Below, piece after piece: positions 42,794 to 52,841 of a stretch of 64,000 nt of DNA. Each line of letters begins with the position of its first letter. Positions within the stretch are counted from its first letter, which is position 1. The DNA lies in contig NZ_JAAHIH010000001.1 in assembly GCF_010671925.1 (NCBI RefSeq), positions 933,053-997,052 on the forward strand, written 5' to 3'. The notes beneath the pieces were generated by a model that had not been told where the DNA came from, searched no databases, and worked only from the letters and a program-made list of their open reading frames with translations. Source of the DNA: Moorena sp. SIOASIH (GTDB taxonomy: Bacteria > Cyanobacteriota > Cyanobacteriia > Cyanobacteriales > Coleofasciculaceae). Both the position numbers and the translations under genes were made by a program.

Positions 42794-43306
42794 ATGAATA
42801 TAACTTTAAATAGACCCAATTTGCAAATATTTATTAGTAGTATTAGTATTTTGAGTTCACTAATTACAGTATTCTATTTAGTGAACGATTTTCTTCTACC
42901 GAAGCCAGAAATAAATCCCGTTTCCCAAGAGTGGGTTGCTACTAAAATTATAAATACCGATACCAATTTTTATGAAAATTATAAAAAGGCAGGAACCTAT
43001 GAAGTTTGGACTGACAGACAAGCAAATACTCACCATTTCTCCTTGATCAATATAGATGAAGGTGCAAAGAAAAATTCCTCGGATTTTCAGGGAGTATTAA
43101 AAGAATTGGAAAAATCTGGTCAACCTGTCTGCCTTGGGCTTACAGGTAAGAGAAGCTGGAGCAAATCTGAGCGAAAGAATATCGTTGAAATCAGAGTATT
43201 TCCTGAGCAATCTAAGTACGATCAATTAGGACAAGCTAAGGGTGATACACTGTGTGAGCAAAAACCAGGAGAGGTAATAATTGAAGCAAGAAGCGACACG
43301 CAATGA
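42794..43306 (+). CDS. Hypothetical N-terminally membrane-anchored protein (170 aa) in very AT-rich DNA
   Basis: One N-terminal TM helix. ORF only. Confidence 0.35.
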   Translation: MNITLNRPNLQIFISSISILSSLITVFYLVNDFLLPKPEINPVSQEWVATKIINTDTNFYENYKKAGTYEVWTDRQANTHHFSLINIDEGAKKNSSDFQGVLKELEKSGQPVCLGLTGKRSWSKSERKNIVEIRVFPEQSKYDQLGQAKGDTLCEQKPGEVIIEARSDTQ

Positions 43307-43554
43307 TATAGCGCTACGCGCAAGGCAAGAGGCAAGAGGCAAGAGGCAAAAGTTCACTAAAAGAGCGTTTCAGCTTGTATCAATGTCCTAACCTTAATAC
43401 GTAGTGCTATATAAGATGCGTTGGGTGCATCTCAATGCATGCTGTTTGACCCGGTGGGTGGAACGGGCATCTTGCCCGTTACAATCGGGCAGCAACCTAA
43501 CCCGGGCGTTGAGGCGGAAAATGAGGGTGAGCGCCCCTAAGGCACCCTACTGGA

Positions 43555-43589
43555 CTTTCTTCCTTTATCTTTCATACTTCAGCCTTTAG
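43555..43589. repeat. 34-bp dispersed repeat, copy 2
   Basis: TTTCTTCCTTTATCTTTCATACTTCAGCCTTTAG; matches copy 1 at 32 of 34 positions. Confidence 0.85.
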
Positions 43590-43605
43590 CTAAACTTGTC
43601 ATAAC

Positions 43606-45018
43606 TTAGGAATTGGACTGAAAAAAAACTTGAGCGCTAAAGTGTTCCTGATCAAAGGAATTAACTGCCTTGGGTAATCGAAGAGTAAACCTACTACCAA
43701 CACCTCGTTCGCTGTATACTTGTAAGCTACCGTGGTGTGCTTGAGCGATCGCATTAGCAATTGCCAGTCCTAATCCGGAACCTCCTGTGTGACGAGAGCG
43801 ATCGCAATTTACCCGATAAAAGCGATCAAAAATTCGCCCTTGGTCTTCTTGGGCAATACCAATCCCCGTATCTTCTACCTGGATCACCGCGTGTTGGTCG
43901 CTCTTGTCTAAAATAACAGTTACTTTACCACCCACAGGGGTGTATTGGATACCATTAATAATTAAATTAGAAACTAGGCGATAAAGCTGCTCAGAATCAC
44001 CCACAACTTCCAGAGGAGTTTGCACTCGCACCGAAGATGTCAGTGTAATTTCGGAAGCGATTGCCAAGGCTGCTAATTCCTCAACTAAATCGCTAACCAG
44101 GTCATTGAGACAGCATGTCTGGTGAGCCACAGAAGGTTGTCTATCTAAGCGAGACAACAACAACAAATCGGCAACTAACTGACTCAGCCGCTGATTTTGA
44201 CGTTCAACAATTTCCAGAATGTTTCGTGCTTCTTGTTGATCCAAGCTAGGCATCAAAAGCCCCGATTCAACAGTTGCCAGTGTAGCCGCTATCGGTGTCC
44301 GTAGCTCGTGGGCAGCATCGGCGGTAAACTGTTGAATCTGTCTGTAGGATTGGTAAATAGGTTCCATTGCCAACCCTGCTAACCACCAACTGCCACTGCC
44401 GACTAAGATCATGGCCATTGGCAGCCCTAATGCCAAGATTAATTTTACCGTATTGAGGTAGTCGTTGAGGTCTTGTAGAGAGTGCCCCACCTGCAAATAC
44501 CCCCAATCCCGCTGATCTTGAGTATGTAGCGATAGAGAAATTTGGTGATAGGAGTTGCCCTTACCATCGGAAATGGTTTGCCAAGGTGCTTGATTAAACA
44601 CGTGGGGTAATCCCTCTGGGTAACTTCCTGCAACGGCAATTAAACGTCCTGAGGTATCAAATAGGCGGATGTAGTAGTGACCTTGGCTAAGAGCACTGAG
44701 GATGTGGCGTTGGGAACTCACCAGTGGTTTAGAACAGTTCACTCCAACGATACACAGATTCGGTAAAAGTTCCCCAATTATCGGCTCTACCTGTCCCGGT
44801 TCCTTGAGCTTCCATTCGAGACTATCATGGAGTGTCCCCGCAACGGATTTTAACTCCCGGTCTGAAGTGACTAAATGGGTATGAACGATCGCTCTGTAAA
44901 CACCAAATCCCAACAGGCTCAAAATAAACCCCATGACGATGGCATAGGAAAGTGCTAATTTCCCACGAGTCTGGTTAAATAGCTTATTTCGATTCATTAT
45001 TTTTTCAAATTGAGACAA
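43606..45018 (-). CDS. Two-component sensor histidine kinase (periplasmic sensor domain, two TM helices)
   Basis: H-box AAHELRTPIAA. N, G1 and G2 boxes (GGSGLGLAIA). Confidence 0.85.
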   Translation of the reverse strand: MSQFEKIMNRNKLFNQTRGKLALSYAIVMGFILSLLGFGVYRAIVHTHLVTSDRELKSVAGTLHDSLEWKLKEPGQVEPIIGELLPNLCIVGVNCSKPLVSSQRHILSALSQGHYYIRLFDTSGRLIAVAGSYPEGLPHVFNQAPWQTISDGKGNSYHQISLSLHTQDQRDWGYLQVGHSLQDLNDYLNTVKLILALGLPMAMILVGSGSWWLAGLAMEPIYQSYRQIQQFTADAAHELRTPIAATLATVESGLLMPSLDQQEARNILEIVERQNQRLSQLVADLLLLSRLDRQPSVAHQTCCLNDLVSDLVEELAALAIASEITLTSSVRVQTPLEVVGDSEQLYRLVSNLIINGIQYTPVGGKVTVILDKSDQHAVIQVEDTGIGIAQEDQGRIFDRFYRVNCDRSRHTGGSGLGLAIANAIAQAHHGSLQVYSERGVGSRFTLRLPKAVNSFDQEHFSAQVFFQSNS

Positions 45019-45692
45019 TACCCCAAACCATGCACAGTTTCAATGGGAATGCTGGAGTTGATTGATTCGAGTTTCCGACGTAGCAAGCGCATTTGAGCCG
45101 CCACTACGTTACTAATCGGTTCTGCACTAACTTCCCAAAGCTGATTGCGAATTTGGTTGGTGGTCATCACCTGATTGGGATGCTTCATGAAATACTCTAA
45201 GAGCTGGAATTCTTTATTTGTTAGTGGAATCTCGAGTTTCTCACTGTTAGCAGCAAGACGATAAACCGTTCGGTTACCATAGTCTAAAATAAGCTCACCC
45301 ACCTGAAGTTGTTGGGGCTGGAGTACCGGTGTTCGCCGGTGCAAGGCTCTAACTCTTGCTAGCAACTCTGCCATTCGGAAGGGTTTGACTAAATAGTCAT
45401 CGGCTCCCGTATCCAAACCCATCACTCTATCTTCCAAGCGGTCTTTTGCCGTTAGCATCAAAATAGGTAAGGGATTATTACGATAGCGTAACTGACGCAG
45501 TAACTCTAGTCCCGATAGCCCTGGCAGCAACCAGTCGAAGATAGCTAGGGTATATTGGGTTTCGTGGTTGTTTAAATAACCCCAAGCGTCAGTGCCGTTA
45601 ACAACCAAGTCCACCACGTACTTCTCTATATTCAACGCTCGCTTAATTGCAGCACCCAAATCTGGCTCATCTTCAACTAGCAGTACTCTCAT
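44997..45692 (-). CDS. OmpR-family response regulator
   Basis: Receiver domain MRVLLVEDEPDL...D...K and a winged-helix C-terminus. Overlaps the kinase gene by 22 bp. Confidence 0.9.
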   Translation of the reverse strand: MRVLLVEDEPDLGAAIKRALNIEKYVVDLVVNGTDAWGYLNNHETQYTLAIFDWLLPGLSGLELLRQLRYRNNPLPILMLTAKDRLEDRVMGLDTGADDYLVKPFRMAELLARVRALHRRTPVLQPQQLQVGELILDYGNRTVYRLAANSEKLEIPLTNKEFQLLEYFMKHPNQVMTTNQIRNQLWEVSAEPISNVVAAQMRLLRRKLESINSSIPIETVHGLGYCLNLKK

Positions 45693-46176
45693 CTGTCTTT
45701 TCCCGCTGGATACTTTGTCTATAGTAGCGATATGCGGGAAAGAAAGCGGGGCAGGGTGTAACTTTACAGAGGATAAATTGGCTTAAAGCTGCACAAACCT
45801 ATAGCCAATTTATCTAATAGCAAAGATAACTTCGGAGCAGGGATTAGCGAGTAGCAATTATATAATATGGCCTCAAAAATTATAACAATTTATACATAAA
45901 TTATAAAGCATAAATTCTAAAAAATAGAATGAAATTGTGACAGTAATTAACAAATTTTAACAAATCAATTTCCTACTCTCAGAAGCTGAAGGCTTACCAA
46001 AGTCCTAACAAAAATAATTTCATTGATACCTAACATTTCATCCTGATTTCATATTTGCTTGTGATACTGAATCAATACGACAGCAAATGACCATCCAGCC
46101 ACGTTAGGTGTCTGGGTGGAGGCTATGGTGACTACTTGCACCCTCTGCTGAGCATAAAAAGCACTGATCCAAAATT

Positions 46177-47838
46177 ATGCATAAGACAGAAACAATCCTG
46201 GCTTCAACGTTTACTTTTTTGCTGCTGATAGCGATCGCACCAGTTGCTGTTTTCGCCCATGCCGGGCATGGTAATGAGTTCCAAAGCGGAACCGAAGCCA
46301 CCAGCAATCCGGAAGGAATTGAGGTAGATGCCACCACCGCTAGTCAAATTGGGATTAAACTCCAATCCGTCTCTAGGCAGTTTTTGGATATTGGTATTAA
46401 AACCACTGGGCAAATTGAAACCCAGCCCAACCAACAGGCGCAAGTAACAGCGCCGATTCCCGGTACAGTTGCTAAACTTTTGGTCAAACCAGGTCAGAGG
46501 GTCAAAAAAGGTCAAGCGGTTGCTGTCATCTCTAGCTTGGAGTTAATTGAATTGCGGGTTGAGTCTCTCGACAGACTGACTGAAGCTAAGGCAACATTGG
46601 GAGAAGCTGAGGCAAATCTGGAACTAGCTCGGGAAAATTTAGAACGTCAGCGTCAAATTGCTGCTGCTGAAATCGATGAAGCTGAAACTCAGCTAGCAGT
46701 AGCCCAAGAAGAGTACGATAAAGACCTAGCATTAGCAATCGAAGGTGCTCTGGCTCGACGTCAGATGCTAGAGTCGAAAACTAAACTAGCAGAGGCTAAA
46801 ACGTTACTGAAAAGAGCATTTAGCCGTCGGGAAGTTCTGGAAGCAGAAGCGGAACTAAAACGGGCTCAAACAGCGGTTAAGGCTGCCAAATCTCGGGTTC
46901 AACTGAGCGATACTACCTACAAAACCCGACTGCAACAACTTAGTAATTCTGCTAATAACCAAGGAAGGGTAACGGTGCTTGCTCCAATTTCCGGTACAGT
47001 AGCGCAATGGCAAGTAACCTTGGGTGAATCCTTTGAAGACGCAGGTGGGCAACTGATGACGATTGTTAACAATAATCAAGTCTGGGCAACTGCTAATATT
47101 TATGAAAAAGACTTATACAAGGTAAAAATAGGTCAGAAGGTCAGATTAGAAGTTTCTAGTCTGCCTAATCAGACTTTTACAGGTCAAGTTACCCAAATCG
47201 ACCCGATAGTAGCAGGTCAGACACGAGTAGTGCCAGTGAGGGTAAGGTTGGATAATCCTGGAGGGCAACTAAAACCAGGAATGTTTGCTCAATTAAAGAT
47301 TTTCACTGATAAAACCAATGTAGCTACTTTAGCGATTCCTCAAGATGCTTTGGTGGATGCTAATGGTAAACAACTGATTTATGTAGAAAATGGTAAGAAC
47401 TTCTATGAACCTGTAGAACTTGCTCTTGGTTCAACTTTTGGGGATTTGGTGGAAGTCAAGAATGGTTTATTTGAAGGTGACCAGATTGTGGCTCAAGGGG
47501 GGGTGATGTTGTATGCCCAATCCTTAAGGGGTGGCTCTAAAGCTGATCACCATGAACATGAGCAAGAAGAACATAATCATGAGGCAACATCCACTAACCT
47601 TAATGTTGCTAGCCTACCCTGGTGGTGGGTTTTGCCTGTAGGAGGGGTAATTACAGCTGGTGCTTTTATGCTTGGACAGCGCACTGCTTCACAATCAAGA
47701 CCAGCACCTATAGAAATTTCAGATGAACCGACCAATAATAACTATCATTCCACTGCTGATGTAAAAGGAAATGGTCAGAGCAATGGGGATGGCTATTTAG
47801 ATTCCGCGATTCCTAATCGTTTCGCAAACAAGCAATAA
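46177..47838 (+). CDS. RND efflux membrane-fusion protein (CzcB/CusB family) with a His-rich C-terminal tail
   Basis: Lipoyl/beta-barrel MFP architecture with a long coiled-coil hairpin. HHEHEQEEHNHE tail. Confidence 0.8.
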   Translation: MHKTETILASTFTFLLLIAIAPVAVFAHAGHGNEFQSGTEATSNPEGIEVDATTASQIGIKLQSVSRQFLDIGIKTTGQIETQPNQQAQVTAPIPGTVAKLLVKPGQRVKKGQAVAVISSLELIELRVESLDRLTEAKATLGEAEANLELARENLERQRQIAAAEIDEAETQLAVAQEEYDKDLALAIEGALARRQMLESKTKLAEAKTLLKRAFSRREVLEAEAELKRAQTAVKAAKSRVQLSDTTYKTRLQQLSNSANNQGRVTVLAPISGTVAQWQVTLGESFEDAGGQLMTIVNNNQVWATANIYEKDLYKVKIGQKVRLEVSSLPNQTFTGQVTQIDPIVAGQTRVVPVRVRLDNPGGQLKPGMFAQLKIFTDKTNVATLAIPQDALVDANGKQLIYVENGKNFYEPVELALGSTFGDLVEVKNGLFEGDQIVAQGGVMLYAQSLRGGSKADHHEHEQEEHNHEATSTNLNVASLPWWWVLPVGGVITAGAFMLGQRTASQSRPAPIEISDEPTNNNYHSTADVKGNGQSNGDGYLDSAIPNRFANKQ

Positions 47839-47864
47839 TCAGCAAGGCTGTAGGTAAGACCAAA

Positions 47865-50800
47865 ATGCTTAACTCGATCCTGAAGTGGTCTATTGCTCGA
47901 CGTTGGCTAGTTGTAATTGGCGCTATCATCGTCACAGTTTGGGGATTTCGCATTGTTTCCCAAATGCCCTTAGATGTATTTCCCAACTTTGCTCCTCCCC
48001 AAGTTGAAATTCAAACGGAAGCACCGGGATTGGCTCCAGAAGAAGTGGAATCTTTAGTCACAATGCCTGTCGAAAGTGCGATCAATGGCATTCCTGGATT
48101 GACTACAGTACGCTCTTCTTCGGGAGTGGGCATTTCGGTAGTAAAAGTTATTTTTAAATGGGATACTAATATTTATCAAGCTCGCCAGTTAGTAACTGAA
48201 CGGTTACAACAAGCTGCTGCCAGATTACCGGAAGGAGTAGAATCACCGCAAATTTCTCCCCTTTCCTCGCCCATTGGTACCATTCTTTCCTACGCTTTTA
48301 CCATTGACGAAGATGTAGAGACGGGAGATGTCCCCTCTAAAATTGACCTAATGGCTGTGCGTCGATTGGTTGACCGAGATATTACCAACCAATTATTGGC
48401 AGTAGCGGGGGTAACTCAGGTAATTGCCTATGGGGGAGATGTGCGTCAGTATCAGGTACTGGTTGACCCTGCCAAGTTAACCGCTTTTGATGTTTCCTTA
48501 GCAGAAGTTACCCAAGCAGCAGCAGCAGCAAATACTAATGCAGCGGGTGGCTTTCTGATTAGTCCAGACAAGGAACTATTAATTCGAGGCATTGGACGAG
48601 TTGAGTCAATCGAGGATTTAGAACAATCGGTGGTAGTGGCACGTAATGGCACACCAGTGCTGCTTTCTGATCTCGCTGATGTCCGCATTGGTGCTGCCTT
48701 GAAGCGGGGTGATGGTAGCTTGGATGGGAAAAAAGCGATTGTGGTGCTAGTTAACAAACAGCCCCTCGCTGATACTCCTACTGTTACTAAAGCCGTAGAA
48801 GCAGCAATGGAGGAAATTAAAGCGGGTTTGCCTAATAATGTCAAGGTTACTGTTACCTTCCGCCAATCCGATTTTATTGATGCCTCAATTAAAAATGTCA
48901 GGAATGCTTTGCGCGATGGCATCATTATTGTTTCTATTATTTTGTTTCTGTTCTTGATGAACTGGCGCAGTGCCATTATTACCCTAAGCGCCATTCCTCT
49001 GTCTTTGTTGATTGGGATGATGCTACTCAATCTCTTTGGTTTGGGAATTAATACCATGACTTTGGGAGGACTAGCTGTAGCAATTGGGTCAGTGGTAGAT
49101 GACTCAATTGTAGACATGGAAAATTGCTACCGGGGATTACGAAAAAATCAGCAAGCAGGAAATCCTATCAACCCTTTACAGGTGGTTTATAACACCTCAG
49201 TGGAAGTGCGAGTTAGTGTGCTGTTTTCTACAGTAATTATTGCTGTAGTCTTCGCACCAATTTTTACCCTTACTGGTGTTGAAGGTCGTATCTTTGCACC
49301 GATGGGAGTAGCCTATCTAGTGTCAATTTTCGCCTCTACATTTGTAGCCTTGACTCTGAGTCCAGCTTTGTGTGCTTTCTTGCTTGCTACTGTACAGTTA
49401 CCGGAAGAAGAAACTTGGGTAGCACGGTTTTCTAAAAAACTATATCAGCCATTAATTCGATTTTCTCTTCATGCTCCCAGTCTAGTTTTGCTAACAGCAG
49501 TAGCCGGGTTTGTGGCTTCTCTAATTATTTTTACCTCTCTAGGACGAGTCTTCTTACCAGAGTTTCAGGAGCGATCGCTTGTGAATGCTTTCACTCTCTA
49601 TCCCGGTGTCTCTCTGGAAATGACGAATCGGGTTGGTTCAGCCATGCAACTAGCTCTCAAAGATGACCCCCGGTTTGAGTCAGTGCAGTTACGTTCAGGG
49701 CGTGCTCCCGGTGATGCTGATGCTGGTAGTGTTACTCTGGGCCATTTGGATGTGGAAATTTCAGAGGAGGGGATGAAAGACCGAAAAGCAACGATTGAGA
49801 AACTCCGTGAGGAATTTGCTAAGTTACCGGGGGTAGCTCCCAGTATTGGTGGTTTTATTTCCCACCGCATGGATGAAGTCCTCTCAGGAGTCAGGAGTGC
49901 GATCGCAGTAAAAATTTTTGGTCCGGAACTTTCGGAATTACGAACTATTGGTGCTCAAGTTCGAGATGCCATGCAAGATATTCCTGGTGTGGTTGATCTA
50001 ATTCTTGAACCCCAAATTCCGATCAAACAGGTGCAAATTACGTTTGACCGGGCTGCTGCTGCCCGTTATGGTCTTAGTGTTGGTCAGCTTTCAGAAATTG
50101 TTGAAACTGCTCTCAATGGTAGAGTTGTCTCGCAAGTACTCGAAGAGCAACAGTTATTTGATTTAGTAGTGTGGTTGAAAGCCGAATACCGCAATAATCT
50201 TAATACCATTAGCAACCTGCTAGTTGACACTCCCACGGGCACTAAAATTCCTCTTGCCCAAGTTGCTCAGATTAGTTATGGTAAGGGACCCAACACAATC
50301 AACCGCGAAAATGTTTCTCGCCTGATTGTGGTTTCAGCTAATGTTGCTGATCGAGATTTAGGTAGTGTAGTTGAAGAGATTCAAGCCACAGTCAAGGATA
50401 AAGTACAATTACCTTCCGGCTACTTTATCCAATATGGAGGACAGTTTGAATCAGAACAACGAGCATCTCAAAATTTACTAGTATTCGGTACTCTGGCACT
50501 GATTGTGATTGCTATTTTAATGTACTTTGCTGTCAAGTCAATTTCAGCAACAGTAATGATTATGCTCAATCTGCCTCTAGCATTAACTGGCGGAATTTTT
50601 TCCGTTGCCCTCGGTGGTGGTATTCTCTCTGTTGCTTCCATGGTAGGGTTTATCACTCTCTTTGGTGTTGCTACCCGCAATGGTTTACTTCTGGTAGATA
50701 ATTACAATAATAAATTTGCTCAGGGAATGCCTTTAAAGCAAGTAATTATTGAAGGTTCAACGGAACGATTAGTGGCAATTTTAATGACAGCGTTGACTTC

Positions 50801-51035
50801 AGCGTTAGGAATGGTTCCTCTCGTAATTGGCACGGGGGCAGGGAAAGAAATTTTACAGCCATTAGCAATAGTTGTTTTGGGAGGGTTGTTTACGTCTACA
50901 GCTTTAACCTTATTGGTATTACCAGCTCTGTATGCTCAGTTTGGTCGCTTTTTCATATCTAAACCCATAAATTCTGGGATTTCACCTGAAGAATTAAATT
51001 CATCTTTTAAACGGGGTTCAGTGGTGGGTAAATAG
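47865..51035 (+). CDS. Heavy-metal efflux RND transporter (CzcA/CusA family)
   Basis: 1056 aa, 12-TM RND topology. N-terminal MLNSILKWSIARRWLVV...FPNFAPPQVEIQTEAPG is typical of the HME subgroup. Confidence 0.9.
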   Translation: MLNSILKWSIARRWLVVIGAIIVTVWGFRIVSQMPLDVFPNFAPPQVEIQTEAPGLAPEEVESLVTMPVESAINGIPGLTTVRSSSGVGISVVKVIFKWDTNIYQARQLVTERLQQAAARLPEGVESPQISPLSSPIGTILSYAFTIDEDVETGDVPSKIDLMAVRRLVDRDITNQLLAVAGVTQVIAYGGDVRQYQVLVDPAKLTAFDVSLAEVTQAAAAANTNAAGGFLISPDKELLIRGIGRVESIEDLEQSVVVARNGTPVLLSDLADVRIGAALKRGDGSLDGKKAIVVLVNKQPLADTPTVTKAVEAAMEEIKAGLPNNVKVTVTFRQSDFIDASIKNVRNALRDGIIIVSIILFLFLMNWRSAIITLSAIPLSLLIGMMLLNLFGLGINTMTLGGLAVAIGSVVDDSIVDMENCYRGLRKNQQAGNPINPLQVVYNTSVEVRVSVLFSTVIIAVVFAPIFTLTGVEGRIFAPMGVAYLVSIFASTFVALTLSPALCAFLLATVQLPEEETWVARFSKKLYQPLIRFSLHAPSLVLLTAVAGFVASLIIFTSLGRVFLPEFQERSLVNAFTLYPGVSLEMTNRVGSAMQLALKDDPRFESVQLRSGRAPGDADAGSVTLGHLDVEISEEGMKDRKATIEKLREEFAKLPGVAPSIGGFISHRMDEVLSGVRSAIAVKIFGPELSELRTIGAQVRDAMQDIPGVVDLILEPQIPIKQVQITFDRAAAARYGLSVGQLSEIVETALNGRVVSQVLEEQQLFDLVVWLKAEYRNNLNTISNLLVDTPTGTKIPLAQVAQISYGKGPNTINRENVSRLIVVSANVADRDLGSVVEEIQATVKDKVQLPSGYFIQYGGQFESEQRASQNLLVFGTLALIVIAILMYFAVKSISATVMIMLNLPLALTGGIFSVALGGGILSVASMVGFITLFGVATRNGLLLVDNYNNKFAQGMPLKQVIIEGSTERLVAILMTALTSALGMVPLVIGTGAGKEILQPLAIVVLGGLFTSTALTLLVLPALYAQFGRFFISKPINSGISPEELNSSFKRGSVVGK

Positions 51036-51236
51036 GTAAGCTATCAGCCATCAGCTATCAGCGGTCAGCTTAGTCAGTGTCAACTGTTTTACTGGTTATC
51101 TAGCAATTCTCTTTCCCATCAGGTACAAAGGGATCCCCCTAAATCCCCCTTAAAAAGGGGGACTTTGAGGTTTATAAGTGTACCTCATAGATGCAATAAA
51201 CGCTATAAACTAAATTAGTTTGAAAGGAGTAAAAGT

Positions 51237-51710
51237 ATGGGTTCATGGTTGCAGTCAAGTTTAATTGTTATCTCTAGTGTGGGATTGATATTTATAGCCT
51301 CCTGCGGCAATACTACGAAAGAGACTACTCAAACTACCTCTTCAGAAACTGTCACCAAAACTGAGAAGGTTGATTCCTCTCCCCATGATCACAATCACTC
51401 CCAAGGTGGTCAAGTGATTGAATCTGGTTCTTATCATTTAGAGTTGTTACCTATCGTAGAAAAACAGGGAATTCACTTAGACTTTTTCCTACAACAGGGT
51501 GAGGAACACAAAAGTGTATCTAATGCCAAAGTCAAGGCTCAAATCCAGTTACCAAATGGTGAGCAAAAGAATCTGGATTTCAGCTATGACCAGGCTGGTA
51601 AACATTACGCCGCTTTTTTACCTGGGAAAGCTACTGGGGAATATAAGGTTGTCATTCAAACTGACATTAACGGGGAAAAAGTCAACGGTCGCTTTTCATT
51701 TAAACAATAA
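51237..51710 (+). CDS. Putative periplasmic lipoprotein of the metal-efflux cluster (157 aa)
   Basis: Lipobox-like IASCGN. HDHNH motif. Confidence 0.4.
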   Translation: MGSWLQSSLIVISSVGLIFIASCGNTTKETTQTTSSETVTKTEKVDSSPHDHNHSQGGQVIESGSYHLELLPIVEKQGIHLDFFLQQGEEHKSVSNAKVKAQIQLPNGEQKNLDFSYDQAGKHYAAFLPGKATGEYKVVIQTDINGEKVNGRFSFKQ

Positions 51711-51741
51711 ATCTTGAATAAATATTGTGGGTAAATAGATC

Positions 51742-52614
51742 ATGAATCGTTTGGTTAGCGCATTACTAGTTAGTTCTACTTTGTTTCTGGCTCAAAGTTG
51801 TTCAACACCAGTGCAATCTGGAGATGCATCTGTTGAGGGAGATAAACACCATGGTCACCATAATCACAATGAGCATGGTCATCACCATGGTAGCCATGGT
51901 CACGGAAATAAACCATCAGTAAAGACTAAAGCTATACTAACGACTCCCTCAACAATTACTTTAGATAAACCAAATAATTTGGTAATTGATATTCAAGACT
52001 CTGAGGGAAATGCTGTTCCTGATTTTGAGGTTTTCCAAGAAAAAATAATGCATTTAATTGTAGTCAGTGATGATCTTGATTTTTACGATCATATTCATCC
52101 TGATTACAAAGGGAATGGAAGGTTTGAAGTTGAAGCTAATTTTCCTAAACCTGGTAATTACACTCTTTTTAGCGATTACAAACCAACCGGAAACCCAGAG
52201 CGAGTGTCGGTGCTAAAAGTAAAAGCACCAGGCACTAGTTCATCTCTAAATGATAGAGAAATTAAAAATACTAAAGTCTTTGGCAAGACCAAGGTTGAGC
52301 TGAGTTTTGATAAACCCAAAGTTCAGGCTAATGAAGAAGTGATGATTAGCTTTAATTTAAAGGATGCTGCTAATAATAATCCGGTTAATGATTTACAACC
52401 TTATTTGGGAGAAGTTGGTCATTTAGTAATTGTTAAAAAATCAGAATCTATAACAGCATCTGATTACATTCATGCTCACGCACTTCCAGGTAAAACTACT
52501 GAACCGATACGTTTTGCTACCCAATTTCCTGAAACAGGCACATATAAAGTGTGGGGTCAATTTAAGCGTAATGGTGAGATTGTAACCGCTGATTTCTGGG
52601 TCAATGCACTTTGA
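51742..52614 (+). CDS. His-rich periplasmic metal-binding protein with an internally duplicated domain (290 aa)
   Basis: Signal peptide. The HHGHHNHNEHGHHHGSHGHG tract. Two homologous domains of about 100 aa (DHIHPDY... and DYIHAHALPG...). Confidence 0.5.
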   Translation: MNRLVSALLVSSTLFLAQSCSTPVQSGDASVEGDKHHGHHNHNEHGHHHGSHGHGNKPSVKTKAILTTPSTITLDKPNNLVIDIQDSEGNAVPDFEVFQEKIMHLIVVSDDLDFYDHIHPDYKGNGRFEVEANFPKPGNYTLFSDYKPTGNPERVSVLKVKAPGTSSSLNDREIKNTKVFGKTKVELSFDKPKVQANEEVMISFNLKDAANNNPVNDLQPYLGEVGHLVIVKKSESITASDYIHAHALPGKTTEPIRFATQFPETGTYKVWGQFKRNGEIVTADFWVNAL

Positions 52615-52639
52615 GTAAATATCTCATTTGGTAAGCACT

Positions 52640-52740
52640 CAGCAGTTGGCCGTAAGCATTCAGCAGTTGGCAGTCAGCATTCAGCAGTCAGCAGTCAGCA
52701 GTCAGCCGTTGGCTGATAGCTGATAGCTGATCGGACTTAC
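52640..52740. repeat. STRR heptamers (CAGCAGT/AGCTGAT)
   Basis: Direct reading. Confidence 0.9.
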
Positions 52741-52841
52741 CAATAATCACAATCAGGGATATCATAATTACTCTACTGGAGTTGATCAGATTTGCGGAAT
52801 CTTCTCCTGTTATCCTTTATCCTTGATACGTCAGCCTGGAA

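Noticed and set aside
43404-43589. 61-aa ORF and possible structured RNA downstream of the histidine kinase
   Set aside because: The ORF overlaps dispersed repeat copy 2. Hairpins there are more simply explained as the kinase gene terminator plus repeat sequence.
48452-49117. 221-aa ORF antisense within the RND pump gene, plus other 60-100-aa antisense ORFs inside valS, the intron RT, czcB and devB
   Set aside because: These are shadow ORFs on the opposite strand of strongly supported long genes.
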